64,000 nucleotides of DNA, from positions 36,952,001 through 37,016,000 of the forward strand of contig OZ024744.1 of the NCBI GenBank assembly GCA_964016885.1, in the 5' to 3' direction. This DNA comes from Eledone cirrhosa (Eukaryota). The position numbers were made by a program, and so were the translations under genes. This document shows, one piece after another, positions 12,404-26,900 of this stretch (position 1 is the stretch's first letter; each line of letters starts with the position of its first letter). The notes beneath the pieces were generated by a model, which searched no databases, was not told the origin of the DNA, and worked only from the letters and a program-made list of their open reading frames with translations.

Positions 12404-12916
12404 ACTAGAAATTGATTCACACACACATATATTATAAAATAAACATATGATACAATCACAGGGAAAAAGTGTGTAAGCACACACAGCTAGGTAGGTAACT
12501 AATAAAAGTTTAACTAGAACTTCAAATATAGATACCTTTTAAAATGGTTAATCTCCTTTGTATATATCTCATTAAATAAAGAAATATATTTCACCATCAA
12601 TCGGTAAATCACAGTAGTCAAATCCCGGATTGTCGATAATCCTATTAACGCCACTGGGATCACAAATTTGCATTTGCTCTGTAAACACAGATAGTGAAAT
12701 CTTCTTTGGTGAAAATCCAGGATTTGACTACTGTGATTTACCGATTGATGGTGAAATATATTTCTTTATTTAATGAGATTAATCATTTTATAAGGTATCT
12801 ATATTTGAAGTTCTAGTTAAACTTTAATTAGTTACCTACCTAGCTTTACAAATTATTCCCTGTGATTGTTTCATATGTTTATTTTATATATATATATATG
12901 TCAATCAATTTCTAGT
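12404..12916. repeat. Inverted repeat (arms ~12404-12631 and 12713-12916); related copy at 35720-36020
   Basis: ACTAGAAATTGATT..TAGTCAAATCC is mirrored by GGATTTGACTA..AATCAATTTCTAGT. Confidence 0.8.
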
Positions 12917-13168
12917 GGATATAAATTGCTCGGATCTATTCATTGGAATCTTTGAACATATTCTGCAGTGGATAGTGCACATGTCTCTCAGACATGACAA
13001 CCCCAATTTGACAGTATAATTTAAATAAACCGTTGTTTTTTCAATTTTTTCGGACATTCACTTGCATTAATCACCCTCAATAAAAAATGTTTCCACTATC
13101 CAGCGAAGCTCAAACGGTCAAGGTTGTTCTTCTGCGGGTATGTCAACATTTATAAAACAAATTTTGTA

Positions 13169-13230
13169 TTTTATCTGATGAAAGCGCATCAAAATTTGCC
13201 TTGGTTGCCTTTGAAATATATATAATAAAA
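13169..13230 (+). ncRNA. Type I hammerhead ribozyme, related to the 11581 motif
   Basis: TTTTAT-CTGATGA-AAGCGCA..TGCCTT-T-GAAA-TATATA-TA-ATAAAA. Confidence 0.7.
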
Positions 13231-13272
13231 TAATCATGGTTTTATAAATATAGTTTCCATTTATTAATATAA

Positions 13273-13321
<49 letters not shown>

Positions 13322-13325
<4 letters not shown>

Positions 13326-13972
13326 AAGAATTCATATCTAGTAACATATATATACATACAGATGCATATCAATGCTAGCAAATATATAGGTTTTGTCTTA
13401 ATAACAGTGTGGTTCAATGCATGGGGTTTCAGAACAATAATATAAGAGACGTAAAATAAGAAAATTATAAAATTAACTTACTTACTAAAATATCACTTCC
13501 AACTAATTAGTTTCTGGAATGGAGTAAATATTTTTTCCGAAGAATAATATGGAGAAGCATTCCGTCGTCAGGAAAGTCTATTCTCATGTAAGTTTCCAGG
13601 CAAAGCGAGGACACTGGAAACTTATTAAAAAATAATTCAGTGGATAGGAAATAGCGAAGCGTGGACTGAATTCCAAGCCATTGAGAAAATCACTGCGTCT
13701 GCGTCTGTGGCAAATTCAAAAAGAATCGAACACGTGACATCGAGGTCAATCAGTGGAAAGTGGTTTGCTAATAAGACAGCGGCCTGCCTACAACCGTAGC
13801 AGCAGTCATGGCCAATATTGCTCGACAAATAATTTGGAGATAATAATAAAGAATTCATATCTAGTAAATTCATATCTAGTTAATTTTATAATTTTCTTAT
13901 TTTACGTCTCTTATATTATTGTTCTGCAACCCCATGCATTGAACCACACTGTTATTAAGACAAAACCTATAT
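13322..13972 (-). mobile_element. ORF-less ~523 nt HHR unit with terminal redundancy and an inverted 5' piece; HHR at 13495-13577
   Basis: AATAAAGAATTCATATCTAGTAA occurs at 13322 and 13845, and 13881-13972 inverts 13385-13476. HHR reads ACTTTC-CTGACGA-C-GGAATG..CATTCC-A-GAAA-CTAATTAG-TT-GGAAGT. Confidence 0.8.
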
Positions 13973-15096
13973 ATGAGAAAAATAAGGGAACATCAAATAG
14001 AGGGGGATAGAGGGAAAAAACCGTTGTTTTTAAATTCTAGATCAAATAGGACATCGAATCAATTCACAGAATCAATTGAATATCTTTTGTATTTGCTTAT
14101 GCTTTAGCTAATTATACTTATATATTAAACCAAAATTAATCAGTATAGATTACTTTCTATATCACATATATAATTTAATTAAAAATTTATATAATTTAAT
14201 TTAATTCATTATAGATTATTATTCTTTATTTTAAGGTAAGATATTCTATAAATATTTTGTTACAACTTTAAAAGAATTAATCTTTAAAGCGTATTTAAAT
14301 AATTATTAAATATGTATTAAAATCTAATACCAAGCATATATCACCATCAATACATCTATCTATAATATTATAAAGCTGAGCGTCGTATGTATTATGTATG
14401 TATTATGTATGTTTGTTAGCTTTACTCTCTCCGTCCCTCTTCCCTCTCTCTATAATAGATCATTCCCCCTCTCTATAATTTAACTGCTTTACTCTCTCTG
14501 TCGCTCTTCACTCTCAAATATTAAAAAGCTGAGCGTCGTCGTCGTCTCTCTCTCTCTCTCTCTCCCTCTTTTACTCTCTCCGTGGCTCTCCCCTCTCTCT
14601 ATAATAGCTCATTCCCCCTCTCTATAATTTAACTGCTTTACTCTCTCTGTCGCTCTTCACGCTCAAATATTAAAAAGCTGAGCGTCTTCTCTCACTCGCT
14701 CTCTCTCTCCCGCTTTCACCCTCTCTATAATTTAACTGCTTTACTCTCTATCTCTCTTCACTCTCTTTTACTTTCCGGAGCGTCGTATGTATGTTTATTT
14801 CAAAAGGATAACTTCCTTAAAAAATCAGGTAATACATACATCAAAAGGCAACCCTCTTAGAGAGACAGAGAGTGAAAGAGACAGATTAGGAAAACTACAC
14901 ACACACACATTTACTCTCTCCGTCGCTCTTCCCGACTGCGTTTTGCAAAGAGCCTGTACTGACCAAAATCTTTCTTTACTTTTTCAACAGGTGAGAGAGC
15001 GACGCCTTCGGTCGACAGTTGGACTTATCAAAAAAGCCGACCCCGTCGGTCATCAAGTCAGAGATGCCCTAACAAATTCCGGTTCAGCCTATCGAT

Positions 15097-18000
15097 ATGA
15101 CTGACTACACCGTCGATTATTCTATCGCTTCTAAACTTGGATCCATGAATACTATTTGCCCGCATTGTCAAGCTCTCAAGTGGGACAAGGAGGCGCCAGG
15201 CATGTGCTGCAGTGGAGGCAAAATCAGTTTTCCCCTACTGAATTGCCCTTTGGAACCACTCAAAAGTCACTTCTCAGGCCAGAGTGGTGATAGCCGTCAC
15301 TTCCTTGCGAATATAAAGAGATACAATAGCTGTTTTCAAATGACGAGCTTCGGAGCCGACAAGGAAATAAATTATGGCTGATACATGCTTACATTTAAAG
15401 TACAGGGCCAAGTGTATCACACGATTGGAAGTCTCCTATTTATGATTGGTGAAGAAAAAACGTTTTTGCAAATATACTTCATTGAGGATGCCGATTCGCA
15501 AGCAATACGTCGCCATCGGAACATCGCCAGAACCAGACTTGAGATCATCCGCCAGTTACAGGACATGTTATGCAGCTCAAACAGGCTGATTCAAAGCTTT
15601 AAATTCGCCATTGAAAACCCTCCAGCCATGAATTTCGACATCGTTATCCACCCCGACAAAGTAGTGAGTATCGTAGACGCTTCAATGCTCCAGCCGTTGC
15701 AGAGGTTGCAGCTGTCATTGCTGGTCACACCGGGGGAAAGCGTGATATAGTCATCCGACATCGTGACCAAGGTCTAAAACGAATTCCCGATACCAACCAA
15801 GCATACGATGGCCTTCAGTACCCACTTGTGTACACAACAAGGGAGCGTGGATATCACTGGCTGCTTCGGCAAGTTGGATCTAATGGTCAGCCAACCAACA
15901 AGAAAGTTTCTGCGATGGATTTTTACGCCTTTCATATAATGCTCCGTTCAAACAACTTTGATCATCTTCACCGAGCACGTGACCTATTTCACCAGTTCGT
16001 CGTTGACATGTATGCCAAGATAGAGAGCGAACGCCTTGCTTATATTGCAAGCCATCAAAAGGAATATTGAGTTGAAAAATATGCTCACCTTTGTCACTCT
16101 TCTATTGGCAAATTCCCCGCTACTACACATGGAACAACAAAACCAGAACGTGGCAGCGCAGAAAGGCCGGCAAGGCAGTAGAAGGACAGCCACAAATCAA
16201 GTCGGCAGATGTACTTGGAAGGGTCTACAGCGTCCATCCGACTCAGTTCGAGTGTTTCTTCCTAAGAATGCTACTGTTTGAGGATAGAGGACCACGGTCT
16301 TTCCAAGACCTGAGAACAACCAATGGCCATCAATTTTCCACCTACCGTTTGACTTGCCAGCTTCGTGGTATGTTACACGATGACAGCCATTGGCACCTCA
16401 CCCTGCAAGAAGCAGCAAATGCTAAAGTCCCTTCTCAGCTACGCAAGCTTTTTGCTATTATGCTGCAGAACTGCGATCTCGCCGACCCTCTCACACTGTG
16501 GAACAAGCACCGCGAAGGTCTGGCTGAGGACATCCTACACCGCAGAATCAGACACAATCCGAACGTAACATACGATGTCGTTTTCAATGAGGTGCTCATT
16601 GGTCTTGAAAACAGTGTCCTGGAGATTGGTGGTAGGCCTGTAAATCACTACAGCTTACCTGCTCCTGACAGATGTGTCCAGAGGTCAATGTCTCTAGAGC
16701 TTCTCTGCGAGACGAGCTACGAGATCAGTGCTCTTCAGAACTTCATTAATACCAACGAACCCAAATTGATCCATGATCAGCAACTGGCTTACAACACAAT
16801 TGTTGATGATGTGGCAACCAACAACGGTATCCTCTTCTTTGTTGATGCTCCAGGAGGCACGGGAAAGACATTCGTCATCAACCTCTTACTTGCGACGGTC
16901 AGAAAGAACAGATGGATCGCACTGGCCGTTGCTTCCTCTGCAATTGCTGCGACCCTTCTCTCCGGAGGCCGCAACACCCATTCAGGTTTCAAAATCCCGA
17001 TGAACATTGTGAATATTGATACTGCAACTTGCAACATTCCACGAGGAAGTGGCCTGGGCGATCTCATCAAGCAGTGTCGCCTTATTGTCTGGGATGAATG
17101 CACTATGGCTCACAAAGATACTTTTTTCATTTTGCGCCATTTTTATTTTTGCACTTTTCGCATTCTTCTATGACTACTTTTTCTTTCTTTTTTTTTGGCA
17201 AACAGGTGCTTTTGAGGCGCTGGGAAGGACACTGCAAGACCTTCGCGGAAATAACTCTGTCATGGGAGGCGTGACCTTCGTCATGGCTGGTGACTTTAGA
17301 CAGACACTTCCAGTTATCCCTCGCGGAACTCGAACTGATGAGGTGAAGGCATCAATTAAGTACTCATATCTCTGGAACAACATCTCAGTGCTCAGTCTGT
17401 ACACTGACCAACATGCCGGATTTTTTGCACAACGCCTCCTTGAACTTGGTAGCGGGGCAACAAGTGCTGATGATGGCTTCATTGATGTGAATCAAATTGG
17501 GATGGTCGTCCACACAGAAGAAGAAATTTCATCCGAAGTCTTCCCACGGTTGTCACAGAATTTCACTTGCCATGATAGGCTCTGTGAAAGAGCAATACTT
17601 GCACCAAGAAATGACAGTGTCAGAGACATCAACGATAGGTTGCGTAAGCAGATCCCTGGACCTGTTCACACGTACAAAGCAATCGATTGGGTGGTTGACG
17701 CAAATGTAGCAGTTCAATACCCAGTGTAATTCTTGAACTCTCTTCACTTGCCAGGAGTTCCTCCACACAGTTTGGAGTTAAAAAGCTTGGTGCCCTATCA
17801 TCCTGCTGCGCAATCTCGACCCACCAAGCTCTGCAATGGCACACGACTTGCAGTCAAGCAGATGCTGCGTCATGTCATTGAAGCCACAATCATGACTGGA
17901 GTTGGTAGGGGAGAGGATGTGTTTATTCCACGCATCCTGTTGCTGCCAGCAGACTCCCTTTCAGTTCAAGCGACTTCAGTTTCCAATCAGTCTAAGCTTC

Positions 18001-18189
18001 GCGATTACTATCAACAAATCTCATGGTCAAACCCTCAAAGTCGCTGGCCTTCATCTGGGAACACCATGCTTCACCCATAGTCAGTTGTATGTAGGATGCT
18101 CTAGGATGAGCTCCCCAAACAATCTCTTCATTTTTGCTCCCGAGGGCCGAACAAAAAACATTATGTACTCTGAGGCTCTAACAATGTAA
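15097..18189 (+). pseudogene. Helitron RepHel remnant: Zn-finger, N-terminal region and PIF1-like helicase
   Basis: CPHC..CCSGG, FQMTSFG, FKVQGQVYH, QFVVDMYAKIE, APGGTGKT, IVWDECTM, GDFRQTLPV, LCNGTRL and FAITINKSHGQT. Confidence 0.93.
17118..17205 (+). other. Degenerate spliceosomal intron in the Helitron helicase
   Basis: 88-nt T-rich insert ending CAG. Removing it restores AHK-G-AFEAL in frame. The donor reads AT instead of GT. Confidence 0.7.
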
Positions 18190-18716
18190 GTTTTGTATTT
18201 TTGTAATGTGGAATTTTCATTATGGCTGTACATAGATTGACAGACCTTGCAACCGATTCACCATTTTATTAACCCCATGGGACGCCATTGTATGGGCCAA
18301 AATCACACCGGAAGTCATTCGTAATATCTGGATAGGTATCGGATATCATGATGTGCCCGGATAAATTCAACAGTGAACGAACAACGGCCCTTTTTAGGGC
18401 AACCTTCTTGCAATTGTTACCGCAATCTGTTCTTTAACGGCCTTCCGCAGACTTGAATTGTTTAACCAAGGCTACAGGTTTGCCTGTGCCTCTGCGCACG
18501 TACACGCACTGGGTAGTACATACACACGCTGCGTATACACGACAGGCATGCTCCAAGCACACGTGATGGGAACAGTTGGCTGATTTATACGGTAGCTCCT
18601 CCCCTTTGCTACGAAGTCGGAAGGACAGTGTGTCATTGGAGGGTGTATGGTATCTTTTCAGTGGAGTGGTGGGGGCAGGTATACATAGCCGGACGATAGC
18701 CGAACGGGTCAGCTAG

Positions 18717-21205
18717 TATAATATATTTAGATCATTTATTACCCTAATTATTGTATTTAATTATATTCTCTTTATAAAATTATACTATTCTTTAATTTTC
18801 ATTTAATTCCTAGGATTAAACTGCAGTTACATTTACTCTCAAAAGTTGTTATATTAATTAATGATAGGTTATATTTACTTCTGTATTTACTTATTTTGAT
18901 ATATAGTTTCCTTTTAATGATAGTATATATATTATTAATCTACATATTTCATATCTAATATAATTTAGCAAGCTAGTCGAAAAGAAAAGAAATGTTTACG
19001 GACAATGTAAACAAAAGGAAGATAACTCATTCACCATATACAAACATTTATAAAATATCTCTAGTCTCACGTTCCGCGATATTTCGAAAACCGTAAATCA
19101 TCTATTGTATATATCATAAATGATGTCTAGTTACATATTGAACTGTCCTAATCAAAGCATAAGATAACGAGACACTTAATGAGATTAATCTAAACGTAAA
19201 AATATGAATAAATTATTACTACAATAAAGCAAAAATTTATAAATATATTAAATTATTAATTGTCAATATTTTTTCGAAAACTTGTACATTGCCTGGAAAG
19301 TTTTATCAATTTTATGGTGACAACTACTAAATAATTCATTTTTTTTGTTGATTTTTTGTCGTAATTTGTAATTATCTGTAGAGTCTCAAGATTACAAAGA
19401 TTGCAATTTTGCGAAATAGTTGAGTTCCGATAGGGGGTAGCATCCTTTAATTTGGTTCAAGAGATGGAGTATTTAATATTATTGTCCTTTAAAGACCATA
19501 TTAATCGTGAAAGTGAAGTTGAAAATTTCTTATCTGGTTTACTGAAAGATTGTCTATGATTATTCTAACGTTCCTTAAATTTAGATGAAGTGGCACCAAT
19601 GTAGTTATCTATATTATTATTTGTCTTAATGGTACATTTATATACTAGTTTCCTGTCAAGGCAATTATTTTGTAAAGGACATTCAGATTTCTTTCTACAA
19701 TTATATTTCTTCTCAATGTTATTTACAGACCTTAAACTATTCACATTAATTAAAGGTGTTTACTATTATTCATGTTTAAACTATTATTATTCTAATTCCC
19801 ATTAACTAATGTATTGTTATTATTATTGTTATTATTGCTAATTAAAGGTTGGTTCAAATTAAGATTTTTTACTATTTATTTTTGCTATATTATGAGCAAT
19901 ATTTACAGTTGTTGAATATGAGAGTTTAACTGTGTGTCTATTGAAGATAGAGTAATATTTATGTGACCTAGGGAAGCATTTATCCAAAGCTTTAAAAGAT
20001 AAATGTGCTATAGATGTTTTAATAGCTAAGGATGCTGGCGGAGCATACCAAATTATAGATCTAGTTCTTATTTTTTCCCCGATTTATTCATCAAATTGTT
20101 TTTATATTTATTTTTATTATGATTACTATGATTATAAGTAATTTTATTTTCAGTATGTTTGTCTATATACTCAATATTATTGTTATATCCAGCTTTATGT
20201 AACGCTTCATTATAATATACAGCCTTACTATTAAATATGGATCTATTAGCAGATAGCCTGGATATTCGTTGTTGTACACTGTTGACTATTGCATTATTAA
20301 CACTTTTAGGATGATTAGAATAAAAACTAACATAATTTAAGTTCTCACTGGCTTTATGGAAAGGGTAATAAAGTCCCGAGTTCAAATTTAGAGTCACATC
20401 TAAAAAATTAACTATTTCATTATTATTTTCTACTTCTAATTTCAGGTCCTAATTTTAAAAAAAAGGCTTTAATTATTTTCTTTACTCTATTTAATTCGCT
20501 ATTATTATGTTTTTCTACAATAAATAATATGTCGTCCCTATATAAACCTCCGGCAATCTCCGGCAGTTTTCTATTTATCATGTTAAGGATAACGATGTCC
20601 ACAAGGTCCGTAACTTGCGCCGAATCAGACGAACCCATAGTAGTGTCAAAAATCTTCTGTCTATCCGACCTAGTCCAAAGATCATTATTAAAATCAGTCA
20701 AAGTTCGCCTTGCTGTTAATATAATATTTATCTCATCACTGGATAGGTCTGTGTGTTTATATGCATATGATAGCGCCTTATTTAATAGATTAGGAGTTAT
20801 GGAGGAATAATAACTCGCTATATTCATTTGAATGAACTTATAATTATTTTTATTTTTGATATTATTGAACCAAAACTTGACTAGTGCCTTTCCATAGATT
20901 TAGCCATGACCTCAAGTTAAGAGTTGGTAAAATCCTATCTATTATATTTTTACTAATTATTCCAAGATCTGATTTAGAGGGTGCTATAAGTCTAACTGGT
21001 AAGTGCTCTTCAAAATTTCTTTTGTGGTCTTTAAGATTTATCCGCGGTTGCTTTGGTATGAAAGGTTCAGTTTTTCGCTCTATTCCAAGATTGGTGATAA
21101 TTTCGAATGCATCATTATTAATATCCAATAAATTGTCACTTGGGACTTTTTCATAATTCTTCCTCAATTCTTTTAAAATTAAGTCGTTTTATTTTGTTCT
21201 TTCAA
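18717..21205 (-). mobile_element. 5'-truncated PLE (coding ~19260-21200); its 3' UTR probably continues left of the Helitron (13975-14354)
   Basis: LKDHK..VRLIAPSKS, MGSSDSAQ, GLYRDD, SNHP, WYAPP, NC..CP..CL, LVY..YIGAT and CNLC..CHH. Confidence 0.88.
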
Positions 21206-21218
21206 TCCCCCCCCCCCC

Positions 21219-21270
<52 letters not shown>

Positions 21271-21460
21271 TTTAGTTTTTAGTCCTGAAGAATTGGTGGT
21301 ACGAACAGCATTTTAAAATTGAGTATCTGCAAATTAATAACTACCAATTTGCATATACCATGACTAGGTTGTGTAACTACTAAGGAAACATTTGTAAACA
21401 CTTGGAATAAATTACCTTTTTATGATGTCTACCGGTTTTATTAATCATTCTCTCTCTCTC

Positions 21461-21650
<190 letters not shown>

Positions 21651-21694
21651 AATATATATATATATTTATATATATGTGTGTGTGTGTGTGTGTG

Positions 21695-22003
21695 TATTGT
21701 TATACTTTGGGAGGATCATGCTGCCAATAAAGACACATGCACTAGTTGGTTTTCACTCCAATTTGATCATAATCTTTTTTGGTTTACAAATATGAGATGA
21801 TTTAACACAGAGCAGTAGAGAAACAAAATAACAACAAAAGTAGTCACTGAGGCAGTCACAGAATATGTGGGGAAAGATCTTTGACAATCAACAATCCAGT
21901 TATTAAACTAACTCACTGGGAGTTTAAAATAAATTCAAGTGAAAGCTGACAGGTGAGTGCGTTTTTATTGGCAGCATGACCCGCCCAATGTATAACAATA
22001 TGT
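21695..22003 (+). mobile_element. Very short fold-back pLTR relic of the AIG-type PLE family; degenerate HHR at 21843-21885
   Basis: TATTGTTATACTTTGGGAGGATCATGCTGCCAATAAA is inverted at 21963-22000. It resembles 7759-7800 and 29618-29645. Confidence 0.65.
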
Positions 22004-22279
22004 ATTTCGATATTTTCTCAACCGGATTGGACACGGAATTAAAAAGGTTATAATATAAGTTTCGCATTTATTTTGATCGGCGTTGATAGCGTGGGATAAT
22101 AGTATTAGAAGAATTGTATAGGTCGAAGGTTGGGGTTTTGTTTCAATTAAATTGTGTGCTAAAACATTATTTCCTATAATGTTTTGTACTTGGCATATTC
22201 TATCACACAGACAGACACACACAGACATATACACACACACACGCACGTCTGTGCGTGTTAGTGACATATACATACACAC

Positions 22280-22361
<82 letters not shown>

Positions 22362-22364
<3 letters not shown>

Positions 22365-22806
22365 GAATTAGTATATCTACCAACATATTTATACAGAAGT
22401 ATACTTACGCTAGCAAGATATTTTGTCTTAGTAACTTTGTGGTTCAATACAAAAATGTAGAATAATTATATGAATGACGTGAAATAAGAAAATTATAATA
22501 ATTAACTTACTTACTTAAGTTTCACTCCAACTAATTAGTTTCTGAAAGAGGATATACATAGGGTTCAAAACTATGGAGAATCCTTTCTTCATCAGGGCGT
22601 CAATTCTCGTCTAAGATCCCTGGCGCTGGGCGGACACAGGGAGCTCAAACAAAAATTAATTCAGTGAATGGAAAAAAAGCAAGCGCGGACTAAATTTCAA
22701 GACTCTGAAAATTTCACCGCCTTCCCGGTCAGTGGCAAATTCAAAAGACTCAATTACATAGTAGTAATTTAGGCAAATTTTTGCTCAACAAAATAATTAG
22801 GAGATA

Positions 22807-22810
<4 letters not shown>
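22362..22810 (-). mobile_element. ORF-less ~450 nt HHR unit between (TA)n tracts; HHR at 22524-22600
   Basis: ACGCC-CTGATGA-A-GAAAG..CTTTC-A-GAAA-CTAATTAG-TT-GGAGT. Flanks are colinear with the 13.3 and 32.7 kb units. Confidence 0.78.
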
Positions 22811-22904
<94 letters not shown>

Positions 22905-23594
22905 ATATATTTAGAGAGAGAGAAAGAGAGAGACAGAGAGGGAAATCTTAGCTAACATTCTAAATAAGCCATAAGCTGATGTAACATTAGTAATTAATGG
23001 ATGTGAAAGATTACAACACCACAGTTCCAATGAATTTATTAATGATATGTATAATATAATATTCATAATCTCAAAAATATTTTAGAGTGGAATTTGATTA
23101 TCAGATCTCCTTATAAGACACAGGATGAACTACATATGGAATAAATTGCTACACTTCACCACTTCACGCACCATCACTAACCAGTTTTAGAACCAGAAAC
23201 AATATACTATTGTCAGTGACAAGCTGAAAATTGCAAGATGTTCAATTACCGATCGCTTTAACGATAGGTTTATCCTCGAAAGCAAAGTGTTGGAGAATTC
23301 TGGAATTCTTGGTTCCCGAACCACCCCAACGCGTGTAAGCCTTTCCTGTTGGAATGTCTGTTTCAACGCGTCTCCTTCACTATCCTCTGGGGAAAAGTTT
23401 TCTTTTTTGTGTCAGTTTAAACCACGAGGTGACATTCACTAGGTGTTCTGTACATCAGAGTGCCAGGGTAGGAATGGTGGGTAGGGCATGGCAACCTTTC
23501 ATCAACTGTTTTGTTCTGTTATCGTTGAGCACTACATAAACACGTAAATGTATACGCAAGACACGACTAAGCTAAGCTTCTGATTTGAGGATGA

Positions 23595-23870
23595 ATAGTG
23601 GCAACGCTAGGCGCGTGGATAGTGTGTTGCACTTACGATCATAAAGCCATCGGTTCGATTCCTGGATTGGGTTGTGTGGTGTGTTCATGAGTAAAATACT
23701 TCATTTCACAATATACTCAGCAGAAAATGTGTAACAGCAGTAGTTGGAAGTTTAACCCTGCGATGGACAAGCGACTTGTCCGGGTGGACTTCTTGTACTC
23801 TCAGTGACGTCACGCCACGGACACAGGGAAAAGCAGCGGCCTGATGAGCCTGCCGCTTCGAGACATACAT
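23595..23870 (+). mobile_element. tRNA-derived SINE, degenerate
   Basis: B-box-like GGTTCGATTCC, CORE-like segment and CCCTGCGATGGAC tail. Confidence 0.6.
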
Positions 23871-24372
23871 TAAACTTTAGACTTTTCCTACCGATTCCAT
23901 CAGACATTATATCACAATAGTCATCGCATTCAGATTTGCCCTTGAAAATCGACAACAATTTTTTTAGACTGGGAATATTTTTGATTTACTTTCGTCGATA
24001 TTTCATTCCACCTTTTCGTGAGTATTAGCATCGTTGTTTATTGTTTCTAACAGGACAATCACTGATTCAGAACATTTAATACGCCGAGAATGCCAGGTGA
24101 ATGTCTATAACAGTCGGGCGGGAAGATACAACGGTTTTTTTGGAGACATCACTTCATCAATTTCCCATGGTGTGTTCACTGTTTTGACAGATACACAGAC
24201 ACACATCCGTACACCCATATATATACTCACACAGACATACAGACTCAAACACACACACACACACACACACACAAATATATGCGCGTATGCAGGCATGTAT
24301 GTATGTTTGTATGTTTTTATGCATGCACGTATGTGTCTGTATATATGTATGTATGCATAAGATACACACACG

Positions 24373-24410
<38 letters not shown>

Positions 24411-24814
24411 ATATATATACATACAATCATGCATACATGCATACATACATACATACATACATACATAACACGACTAATTAGGAAATTACAAGTACAATCC
24501 ATTAATGGAACAGTAAAAATATGTAAAACATTCCAAAAATGTTGCATCTAATAACTGCATATACACATGTACAGATACTAAGCATATACACATGCACACA
24601 TACAACTCAAAACATCCACATCCACACATACAATAACATCCATATCTACACATGTATGCATGCAGGCATGCATACATATCTACCTAGTTGATGTTGTTTA
24701 AATTCCAATGAGAGAGTCTTGTGTCTATGTTAGAAACCGACTCTCTCTCTCTATCGGTAAAAATTCATAAAATTATAAACCAGAAGAACATACATATATA
24801 CATACATACATACA

Positions 24815-25270
24815 TGATGGCTGCCCCCACGTTATCGAGTATGGCCATTGCACGATATACCATTATTAATAATTATTAATTAATCTATCGTGCAATGCCT
24901 GTGCGGGAAGATAGTTTTTAAAGTGAGGAAAGACTGTGCACTGAGCCAATCCCACTCTCTGAGCGACAGTAGCTATAACCCGAAAAGAAGAAAAAATCAA
25001 CATCATCGGTAACTACTGAGCCGCAGGTTTTATGTTGGAGTTATCCCAGTTTCCTGAATTGCCTTCTCCTAGAAGAATGCCCTGACAAAGGCTAGGGGTC
25101 CTTCACTCCCAGTGGTTTAACCGCACGATCGAGTATTCAGCCCGATTATTTCTATGTCCCCGCGTTACTCGATACTTGGGATAATAGAGTCTGACTATAT
25201 TAGAAAGTGCAGGGGCCCGATGATAGCTGAGCTCTTGCTGTTTCGAACACTAGTTCGTGTATGGGACAAG
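24815..25270 (-). mobile_element. RTE-related non-autonomous element with RTE-type 3' tail
   Basis: The tail AATGGCCATACTCGATAACGTGGGGGCAGCCATCAT matches 59488-59528. CCCTAGCCTTTG..CTAGGAGAAGG is shared with the 36.1 kb element. Confidence 0.55.
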
Positions 25271-26744
25271 CTATATATATATATATATTAACATAACAGA
25301 TTAAAGTTTAATCAAAGAATCGCTGCTTTCACCCTTAACAGGATCTTCTGAAACGAAAAGAAGTCAATCTGTGAACGCAGAAGTAAATATTTCAAAAAAC
25401 GTTGCAACCGAAGGAAGACAGGAAGACGATACTTTGGTTCGTGGAAACGATCCCTGGCAAGAACGGAAAAAATCTAAGATAATACGTCATTATTTGGAGC
25501 GGAGAAAACAATTACATGCAAAGACAAAACCACGTTTATGGTATAAATGAAGTCGTAGACTAATACTCAATTAGGTGGTTCGTGGAGACGTTCTACGGTT
25601 CTTATATATTTGATATATATTTATCCTTATCGAACCCTCTTTGGATTTTAGTCTTCAAATTTATTATTATTACTATATATATATAATCAAACAGCACACT
25701 GAGGCCACGCAGACCGGAAGTAGGTGTTTCTGACACTACATAAAACATGAGATGTCAAATGTTTGAGGTCCATCATTTCACATACAGACGTTAGGAGCTG
25801 CATGTATATTTTACACAGGAATGAAATAAAGCGAATCGGTTTTAAGGAATGGAATCTAGCGCAATATGTGTTTTAGTCACAGATATTTCGTTGGGTAAAA
25901 TGTTACAATACACATCCCTTCTTCAAAATATTCTTGGATTTAAGCTGACATTCTTTAGAAACTCATTATTGCTTCTCTGTTTTGTAAGTGTGTGTATATA
26001 TATGTGTGTGTTTATGTATCTCTGTGTGTTGTGTGTTGTGTGTTGTGTGCTGGTGTTTGCATTTGTGTTCGTGTGTGTGAGTATGTATGCGCATGCGCGT
26101 ATGTGTGCACACTATTGTAGAGTTTCAAAATCCAATTAAAATTCATTAATTCGTCATTCGTGCTTTTTATCGATAATTGACATTTTAAAGATTTTTCTGG
26201 TATTTAATCTTTCGATTGTATTTGTTATTTCGTTCTGTTAGATCTGTTCATCGAAATTTCATATGACAAGAAATATCACGTTAAAAATATCTTAATTGTT
26301 ACTATTTCAAATTTAGAAATAAACAAAACAAAAAACAAAAATAAACAAAAATAAACAAAGCAAACAAACAAATAAAAAAACAAAACAAAAAAAACAAGCA
26401 AACAAACAAATTAACAAAAAAAAAAAGAAAAAGTAAAAAAAAACAATAAAAGATAAAATAAAATAAAATAAAAACAAACGCCCTAAAATAAAGGCAAAGA
26501 AAGAAAAACAACATAAAGAAAATAAATACGATGAAACTCTTTTAGTGAGACTAAGTTTTCTTTGGTATAAAGTACTCTCTCACCTGTTATGTAGAAAATA
26601 TGTGATGTGTGTAAGATTATGGCTTATTACACTAGAGACCATACACAAGTGTTTAGGTTAAAATGAGGAAGACTTCCGTGACATAATATAACTCTGCTTA
26701 ATTACAATTTACGTAATTCATACAGAAATACAGAGTTAATTCTA

Positions 26745-26765
26745 TATATATCTCTCTCTCACACA

Positions 26766-26811
<46 letters not shown>

Positions 26812-26827
26812 AACGAACACACATTCC

Positions 26828-26900
<73 letters not shown>

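Larger units (their letters stand above)
14355..18716 (+). mobile_element. Helitron, non-autonomous, with internal deletion
   Basis: Begins A|TC(TATC)TATAATATTATAAAG and ends CTAG|T at 18713-18717 after a GC-rich subterminal segment. Contains Rep/helicase remnants and CT-rich tandem repeats at 14420-14780. Confidence 0.85.

Noticed and set aside
12725-12770. HHR candidate ACCG attga TGGT-GAAA-TATA-TT
   Set aside because: No CTGANGA-like strand or stem I.
21278-21367. HHR candidate TAGTC-CTGAAGA-ATTGGTGG..CTACCAAT..GACTA
   Set aside because: Stems I and II are plausible, but the GAAA..UH half of the core is missing.
23845-23870. CTGATGA in the SINE tail
   Set aside because: No proper GAAA or stem I; likely chance.
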